NCBI GenBank assembly: GCA_002269645.1 | Contig: NIVC01005115.1 | Location: 1-25,785 of the forward strand | Direction: 5' to 3' | Source of the DNA: Macrostomum lignano | Lineage: Eukaryota | Length of the DNA stretch: 25,785 nucleotides | Shown here: positions 13,701 to 22,400 of the stretch, piece after piece | How positions within the stretch are numbered: position 1 is the first letter of the stretch | Layout: each line of letters starts with the position of its first letter | The notes under the pieces: model-generated | Databases searched by the model: none | Told to the model about the DNA's origin: nothing | What the model saw: the letters and a program-made list of their open reading frames with translations, nothing else | Position numbers and translations under genes: made by a program

Positions 13701-14693
13701 CACCTAAAGAACTCAATTAATAAAGGGCTCCAGAACAAATTGATGGGCAAACGGATGACACACTGCACAGAGACTTGTTGGGACATATTAAAAACAGCTT
13801 ATTTTAGAATGGGTACACTTTACTAAAGTAGAATGCTCCTACAGAAAGCTGCAAGCAAACTAGCATCTTCTGGAGCTGACATGCAGAGAAGAATGATTTT
13901 GTCGTCCTTGAAATCACTAAATAGATATGCGAAATCGATCTTTTGCTAATCCCACCACAGGTTCCAGTGAAAAGAAGAAACGAAACCCATTGACTAAATT
14001 GGCAGTCGACTCAACCCGACTGCAACGACTGTCAACAGACCTGTCAGCTTCCAGAACTCAGGAGCAGAAGCTTCAATGTCTGCTGTGGCTGCATTCGTTT
14101 TCGTGTCTAGAAGCGTTATAACTTTTTGTACTTTTAACTCTCAGATCGGGTCTTAGCAGATTCTATAGCTATGCATGCAAGGGCCCCTCAGAGGAGATGC
14201 TTAAACACTGCAGTGCATTTTTCCTAGCAATTATTGGGACACGAAGTGTTGGGCCACTGTGTGTGTGTCTAGTTTTTTCCGCATTTGTTAAGTCACCTAA
14301 GAACTCAATTAATAAAGGGCTCCAGAACAAATTGATGGGCAAACGGATGACACACTGCACAGAGACTTGTTGGGACATATTAAAAACAGCTTATTTTAGA
14401 ATGGGTACACTTTACTAAAGTAGAATGCTCCTACAGAAAGCTGCAAGCAAACTAGCATCTTCTGGAGCTGACATGCAGAGAAGAATGATTTTGTCGTCCT
14501 TGAAATCACTAAATAGATATGCGAAATCGATCTTTTGCTAATCCCACCACAGGTTCCAGTGAAAAGAAGAAACGAAACCCATTGACTAAATTGGCAGTCG
14601 ACTCAACCGATTCCGACTGCAACAGACCTGTCAGCTTCGAACTCAGGAGAGCAGCTAATAGACTACGAGCGTAATGCTGAATGCCAGAGTGCT
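4258..14693 (+). repeat. Tandem array of a 662-bp unit, 16 copies (14 near-identical, one internally deleted, one terminal partial and diverged)
   Basis: The GGGCCC landmark occurs at 4322, 4984, 5646, 6308, 6970, 7632, 8294, 8956, 9617, 10279, 10941, 11603, 12265, 12927, 13588 and 14181. Spacing is 662 bp, except 661 twice and 593 once. Confidence 0.97.
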
Positions 14694-15209
14694 CTAAATA
14701 ACGAGACTCCTGTTTTCTCACTCGACCGGAATTTGTTGTTTAATCTGCTTAACTAATCTCTGCGTTTCAGTTTTTCAGTTTCACTGTCAATTTTAGGTTT
14801 TTTCTAAGCGCAAGTGTAATTGAATTTTTTATTCATATTAGTCAGGCAAATTGCGTACAGCAATATAGCGTATTAGTAAAGGTAAAGGTAAATAGACTGC
14901 TTGTAACTAGTTTTTCCTTCATGTGGATTGGCTTTAACGAAGCCTTTTGTATTTCAAGTAATGCTGAATTCGCTGGACTGAGGACAATATAGTTACACGA
15001 TGATATGCTATTCCTTCACTTTCAATAGATCATACTATTAGTATGGGACGTGCTTTTTTATTTCAATGTATGCTTTTTTTCATCATTTAAATGCTAAAAA
15101 TACTTAATAGGTCATTGCACTGTGTGTATGTGTGTGTTTTCGTGTGTCAAAAAAAATTGCAAAATAAGTGCCCACCATTGTATACCGTACCAACAAGTGC
15201 CCGGTGCGT

Positions 15210-15212
<3 letters not shown>

Positions 15213-15244
<32 letters not shown>
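15213..15244. repeat. (TG)n microsatellite, right flank of the putative transposon
   Basis: Perfect TG run. Confidence 0.95.
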
Positions 15245-15247
<3 letters not shown>

Positions 15248-16883
15248 ATCCCTGGCCAATGGTTCCTGTGTATGCAGCTATCATGCAGGACTACAATGTC
15301 GTACCATACCCCCATACCCTAAAGACGCAAGCACCCGTTGCAGCACATGGAGGTCTCCGACTCTCTAGAGTCCAATTTTTCCATGCATAGTTTTATTAGC
15401 AATGACTGCAGAGCCTGGTGCTGCCAAGCACCCCTCCCGGTGTGCTGAGCTCAACCAACGAGACGAGAGGAGCGGGGTGAGGGTTAGTAAAATGGTTCAC
15501 CAACGACACAAAGTGGACCAGTGGATGGACGGCTCTCTCTGTCTCTCCCTCTCTGATCCATCCTTCTTGCGCATCTAGCAGTTCCCCAAAGTTTTCAATT
15601 CCTCTCAAACTCCACCAACACAGGCCCGTCCGTAGCCTGCCAACAACTCAGGCAAACTCTCCTGCATCATCTATACAGCTTCTCCGTTTCTCCCTCTCTC
15701 TACTCTGTCTCTTTCTCTTCCCATAAACTCCAATATTGCGTCGCGCCCAATCCTAACAGTTCCTCGCTTCTTTCTCCCCTCAAGCTATCCGACATCCCCT
15801 TTCCAGTCTCGCCCCGGCCCGTCTCTTGAGACTATGCAGCTTACAAAACACATCTTCCAACCATTGACCGCAATTGCGTTTCTTCAGGACGCATTAAACA
15901 ACGCGTATTGTAACAAAAACTAGCTGGCACTGTCGGTTGGTCAGTCAGTTTACACCAGTTTGACTCTAATCATATAGTTTACTGAGGCTAGCATATCTAT
16001 AATTAACCGTAATTACTTTTCGGCCTTATCGTATGCGTCTGCAGGGCTCAGCTAACAGTTATATAAAAATCGTCACATTAGTCTTCGAATCAGCGTGCAG
16101 CGACATACCGCATCGGCAGAGGCGGCCCCTGGATATATCTAGTGCGCTTGCTAATCCAGGGATCAGTTTTCATGACTAGCTGCTCAGTCATCGAATAGTT
16201 TAATTGGTAAGATAATGATTTAACCATACTTTTTTGCCCAGATGCAACAGATTTTTTCCTCCCATAAAAAACTACTTCCTGGTTAAAAAAGCCGGGAAGG
16301 AGTAGTGCTTCGCTGTGAAATTTAGGTCAAGCGAGAGACGGGGAGCAGTGCAGGAAACCGAGAATTTTCATCCATAATTCAGCACGCAGAGTGCAACTGG
16401 TGGCGCGGACTCGGGCTTTATGGCTTGAAGCAGAACTATACAGCTATAGCATAGATGCTGGGAAGGCCGATCGGATACGGATATGAGAAGTTTCCTCCTC
16501 TCGTTCAAAATAAATACTCTGCACTGCACTAGTCGGCTCATGCTGCAGGCTTCAGTGCAGGATGGCGTAGCAGCCATGGAGAGATAGGAGAGAGAGAGAG
16601 AGAGAAAGTTTTTTAAATGTTGCTCCGCCAAAATCGCTGGTTGCTGGATTGGAGAGCATGAGGGGTTGGTCTCTTGGCATGCGTTTTCCCCCCGAGGGGC
16701 GAGCCCTCCGTCCCCCCTCTCCGGTTTAAACTCGCAGATCCAGTAATTTTTGCGAACCATCCCTGCAGCTGCAGCTCTCGGATGCAAATTGTTCGTCGAA
16801 TCATTAACTGAGCAGCAGTTCCAACTCCTTCCCAGAATATTTGGGACTTTGGGCCCGCGGTTCTTCCGTCAGCTGGTTTAGCC

Positions 16884-18304
16884 ATGTTCGGTGGCATCCT
16901 AGGCGAGGCGTCCAAGTTCTTTGGCTCTGTGGCGGCATCTGTGACCGGCGACAGTCAACAGACGACGGAGCAGTCGCCGATGCAACCGCAGCAGCAGTTG
17001 CAGCAGTCACAACGCCAGAGAATGCAGGGCCCATCCGACAGAAGTCAACTTTTAAATAGCGGTCCACCACCGCCTCAGCCTCCACCTCGGCAGCATCAGC
17101 AACAGCCACAGCAGCAACCTCAGCCGCTGCTATTCAGAGGCAATTCTAATAGGATTCAGGGACCGCAGCCTCCGCAGCCTCCGCAGCCTCCGCCGGTGCA
17201 GCAGCCGCCAATCCAACAGTCCCAACCATCGGGCCCCGGCATTGGCAGGACGAGGCAACAAAACTGGCAGCATCAGAGGCAGCAACCAATGTACTATGAG
17301 CAGCAACCGCAGTTTCAGCAACAGCCTTACAGCAATAACCATCCAAACAGTCAGCAGCAGCAGCAGCAACAGCAGCCGATTCCTTTCACGCAGCAATTTG
17401 CCATGCAGCAGCCACCGCAGCAGCCGCAGCAACAGCAGCAACAGCAGCCACAGCAGCAGCAACAACAGCAACAACAGAATCAAAGCGACGGCTTATTCAG
17501 CGGGCTGACATCAAAGTTCAGCGAGCTGACTCGCGGCTTTGGCCAGCAAGAACAGCAGCAGCAACAGAAGGGGCAGCAACAGCAACAGCAGCAGCTGCCA
17601 TTGCAGCCGGGTGGTTCGATGTTCGGTCCAGCAGATCAACTGGGAGGTCGAATGTATCCCCTACCTGGCTACCAGGCGGCTCAGACTGGTTTCAACAGTC
17701 AAGGCTACCAGTCTCAGGTTTATCCCAATCCGAACAATCCAGTGCAGCAGGATCAGTTCTTTCAAGGCTACCCGAATCAGGTTGTCATGGCCCAGGGCCA
17801 GCCGTTTCACCAACAGCCAGGCATTGGCTTGGTGCCGCAGCAGCAGTATGACGGCAACTCTTCATACTGGGAGGCTGATCCTTACATCAGGGCCGCAATG
17901 CGAGGCGAGCCGCTGCCAGATCCGACGGCTCACCTCCTAGGTGGACTACGCGGCGGTGGCGTCGGTGGCGGCGGTGGTTTCTATGGCGGCGGCGAAGGCC
18001 TAGACTTGGACACGGCCTCCGAGTATGGCGGCGGCGGCGGCGGCGGAGGTGGGGGCCGGCGCCGTTTCGCCAGTGGCTACCAGGGCTACAGCGGGGACGG
18101 AGAGCCCGCTTATTTCGTTGGTGAAGCCGGCAGGTGCTGGTCTAGCCAACGTCCGGCAATGCATCAGCAGCAGCAGCAGCACCAACCGGGGATGATGTAT
18201 CATCACGATCGGGGTCGGATGCTCAACTTTGAACGATACGGTTCGCACAGTCCGCTGCCGCCACCACCTGTGTACGGCGACGACAGAAGGCAATACGGTG
18301 GAAG
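16884..18304 (+). CDS. KIAA0513: KIAA0513-like exon 1: Q/P/G/Y-rich low-complexity region
   Basis: 474-aa ORF, ATG in GCCATG context, ending at donor AG|GTAAAC (phase 2). Confidence 0.8.
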
Positions 18305-19391
18305 GTAAACTACTGCAAAGTTAAAATCGTCCCTAGATGTTCAAAGGTCTCTCAGTGCGCGGCCCTGTCTCTTGGTGGGCTGCCCTGTCTCTCAGTGGGC
18401 TGCCCTGTCTCTCAGTGGGCTGCTCTGTCTCTTGGTGGGCTGCCCTGTCTCTTGGTGGGCTGCCCTGTCTCTCAGTGGGCTGCTCTGTCTCTTGGTGGGC
18501 TGCCCTGTCTCTCAGTGGGCTGCCCTGTCTCTCAGTGGGCTGCTCTGTCTCTTGGTAGGCTGCCCTGTCTCTCAGTGGGCTGCCCTGTCTCTCAGTGGGC
18601 TGCCCTGTCTCTTGGTGGGTTGCCCTGTCTCTCAGTGGGCTGCCCTGTCTCTCAGTGGGCTGCCCTGTCTCTCAGTGGGCTGCCCTGTCTCTTGGTGGGC
18701 TGCCCTGTCTCTCAGTGGGCTGCTCTGTCTCTTGGTGGGCTGCCCTGTCTCTCAGTGGGCGGCCCTGTCCCGTCTCTTGGTGGGCTGCCCTGTCTCTCAG
18801 TGGGCGGCCCTGTCCCGTCTCTCGGTGGATGCCGCATCAATGCGGTGGCAAAAGTTAAGCTCTCCTTTCATTCCTGTTTAATTTATTTTCATTTTGTTTA
18901 ATTTAGCATGTAGTGCTAAACCTCTTGAGTCTGGTAAACCTATCGCCCAACCAAACAGATGGGACTATGACAACCCGAGGCCATCGTCCCAGGTGCGTTA
19001 TAACCATCAGTACCCTAACTATGCTAGCAACTACGAAGCCGACGATCCAAACTTCGACCATTTCGACGTGGAACAAGACGAATTCCTGGAAAACGATCCG
19101 GCGGGCTTTGCTATCAACCAGCAGCAGCAGCTGCAGCAACGTCGGAGGAGCCAACGGCATTATCAGCAGCAGCTGCAGCACAGAAGCTCAGGCGGCGGCG
19201 GCACTCAACCTTTGCCCGAAGACGACGTCCTGATTGGTGTAGGCGATGGCTCGAGTAGAAGCAGGCGAGCTGCAAGGCAGAGACAGCAACAACAGCAGAA
19301 GCCGCAGCAGCAGCCGCAGCAGCAGCAGCCGCAGCAGCAGCAGTTTCAACAGTCTGGAAGAAGGCATAACGAAATGACAGTAAACAGTCTG

Positions 19392-19423
<32 letters not shown>

Positions 19424-22400
19424 GCAGCAAACGACAGATATGAACGATGCAGAAGCTAAACAATGCCGTGACTTTATGACTCGCTACGTTAGTATGATGT
19501 TCAACCAAGGGTGAGTATAACTAATCATAGCCTACTGGAATGTTAAAGTAAAATCTGCTAGAATGCATTGTCAGGGGATGGAAACAGCCAGGTGTCAGGT
19601 GATGAAAACAGCCAGGTGTCGGTGCTGGAAACAGCCAGGTGTCAAATGATGGAAACAGCCAGTTGTCAGGGGATGGAAACAGCCAGGTGTCAAATGATGG
19701 AAACAGCCAGGTGTCAGTGGATGGAAACATCCAGGTGTCAGGTGCCAGGTGATGGAATCTGCAGCATCTATACCGTATTAGCCTAATGATTCCGATATAA
19801 ATTTTAGGCAGAGCATAACGCCCGAAGACACGGAGGTATTCGGAGACTATTGTCAGGTAAGTCTGCCTTGAGAAGTAACATCCAGAAAGCTGTCGAATGC
19901 CAAACTACCTAAAATGTGTCAGCCAGTATGCAAACTTTGCGCAATGACGTTTGCCTCATGGACGAGTACCTGCACAATCGGCAGATTACATGTGCCGTAA
20001 TTTTGGCACCTGGCGCAACGCTTTAGGCGACCTCGTCCCACAACCAGCGCGCAAATACTGTATGCATCAGGCACACACTCCAGGGGTCGTGGCGCGAGAG
20101 TCGGACGAATTTACCGCAGAGTTGCTCAGATCTGAACGATACAAACGAACTTGTTCATGCATATATATCCTCATTTCTAATCTTCATTCTTCTGGAAAAT
20201 GTTGGCCAAAGACAATCTTGTAATATCCGATTCTCATCTCTTATATCTCGGGTCTTATATCTCAGGTCTCCTATCTCGAGTCTCATTTCTCAGGTCTAAT
20301 ATCTCGGGTCTCATATCTCAGGTCTCATATATCAGGTCTCATACATCAGGTCTCATATATCAGGTCTCATATATCAGGTCTCCTATGTCAGGTCTCATAT
20401 ATCAGGTCTCATATATCAGGTCTCTTATGTCAGGTCTCATATATCAGGTCTCATATATCAGGTCTCTTATGTCAGGTCTCATATATCAGGTCTCATATAT
20501 CAGGTCTCTTATGTCAGGTCTCATTTATCAGGTCTCATATATCAGGTCTCATATGTCAGGTCTCATATATCAGGTCTCATATATCAGGTCTCTTATGTCA
20601 GGTCTCTTAGAGATGTGAAATAACGCATTGAAGTCGACATGAGATTGGATTTTTTTTAAAAACCAAACTGGTTGAAAGAAGATCCTTCGTCAACACTGAT
20701 CAGTCATCGCCCCTCATTTTCCTTTCTCATTGGATTTTCCTTTCTTAATAAGATTCAAGCCGGAATCTGGAAGAAAGTAACTTGCTGAGAGAATCCTTCT
20801 CTGATACGTTTCAGCCTGACGACAGCTTCTGATCTTTCTTGGCTCGCTCGTCTTCTATTTTTCAGTTTCTTATTTTGCTTCTCCCTCGATTCCCTTCTTC
20901 TCTTCTCCCTCCCAAGGGAACGGTTGGGTGGGATCTCAATTGTCGAGATTGAGTGCAGCGACTTCCCAACAGTCGGTACACTCGGTCTGTGATAGAATCG
21001 AGAGAATCGTGATTGAGAGCCACGAGTTCGGTGGAATTACTTCGGCGATTTATTCAGCAACTCTCCCCCCACCCACACCAGCCTGTCTGTCTGGATTAGA
21101 TTGAGCAAAAGTACTTCACAAAAGATACAGACTGGCTGCCTAATTCTGAACGATATTTAGCAGAAAATTGCATTCTCTATGAGTTCGTAGATTTGTGGCC
21201 GTTTTGGAGTTTTATTTCTACGTCAATTAGACACGGGAAAGGCGGAGAGGATCTACACCACCACAATTGTTGCTCCTAACCCTCCATCCACCTCTCGACA
21301 TTCTTACCCCTGTGTCTCTTACCCTACCAATCACTATACCACTCTTCTCACCCCCCTAACTACATCTCTCATTCCTATACTTAGTTTCCAGCGGAATTGG
21401 AACACATAGCAAAGGCATGTACTCTGACAAACACCGTTGCAATCCACAAGCTACCTCTTTGACACAATGCTGCATCCTCCACAAGATACCTCTTTGACAC
21501 ACTGCTGCATCCTTCACAAGCTACCTCCTTGACACACTGCTGCATCCTCCACAAGATACCTCTTTGACACACTGCTGCATCCTTCACAAGCTACCTCCTT
21601 GACACACTGCTGCATCCTCCACAAGATACCTCTTTGACACACTGCTGCATCCTTCACAAGCTACCTCCTTGACACACTGCTGCATCCTTGACAAGCTAAC
21701 GCTTAGCTTTTCTTAGCTCAAGTGTCCCTTTTCGGGGTATCAATGTTATATTAAGACACACACTGCATCCTCAAGGACAACTTAAGTAGAAGGACGCAAC
21801 ACTCGAAATCTATGGTAAATGTTTTGAAGGCAACTTTTCGCCGAAAAATACACTACAGAGATAGGAGGTTTTCATTTTTTCAGCACAAAAATTGTTATTG
21901 CTTTTGATAGGAGGCAGATCCAGTGTTCATCTTTTGATATTTTGTGCCTTTCTTATTGCCCTATCGATATTCATAAAGCTTTTCGTTCAGAAATAGTTTT
22001 AAAGGCAGCGGTGTCACCGGAAAAATACACTATGGAGATAGGAAATTTCACAATTTTCAACACTAAAACAGTGATTGGGTCTCTTAACAGTGTCAGAGAA
22101 AGTCCTAATCACACTATTTGTGCCTCACATGCTGCTCTAACGACGCATTAATCGATTTTTCATGTTAATAAATTGGTCTGTCACTTGAAAAAAACGATTA
22201 AAATAATGACAAGACCAATTTAACATGAAAAATCGATTAATGCGTCGTTAGAGCTGCATGTGAGGAACAAATATAAGAAATAAGAAAGGCACAACATATC
22301 AAAAGATGAACACTGGATCTGCCTCCTATCAAAAGCAATAACAATTTTTGTGCTGAAAAAAAATCTCCTATCTCTGTACAGTATTTTTCGGCGAAAAGTT

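Larger units (their letters stand above)
3082..15206. mobile_element. Putative non-autonomous TIR DNA transposon (CMC/EnSpm-like termini), about 2.3 kb core inflated to 12.1 kb by an internal tandem array
   Basis: Left end CACGGGGCATTTGTTGG (3082-3098) versus reverse complement of the right end CACCGGGCACTTGTTGG (15190-15206): 15/17 identical, with similarity continuing (TACG..TACAA.GG) after a short gap. CG flanks both ends (possible 2-bp TSD) and both flanks are (TG)n. Subterminal TRTTRGGMC repeats lie at the left end. No transposase catalytic motif was recognised. Confidence 0.6.

Noticed and set aside
9295-14121. Short ORFs 9295..9504, 13266..13475 and 13927..14121 as genes
   Set aside because: They appear only where indels in individual array copies remove a stop.
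4258-14693. Array or VNTRs as CRISPR-like repeat-spacer systems
   Set aside because: The units are identical with no unique spacers, there are no cas genes, and the context is eukaryotic. The 24-bp repeat has only 3-6 nt variable linkers.
16368-16787. 139-aa minus-strand ORF as a divergent neighbouring gene
   Set aside because: No recognisable motif, it crosses a (GA)n tract, and no supporting exon structure was found. It cannot be excluded without RNA data.
17130-19508. Poly-Leu minus-strand ORFs and alternative-frame ORFs
   Set aside because: They are antisense or off-frame shadows of the CAG-rich coding exons.
18337-20618. Repetitive Cys/Leu/Ser ORFs in introns 1-3, and ORF 23255..23596
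   Set aside because: They are products of the minisatellites and the MITE; there is no independent evidence of coding.
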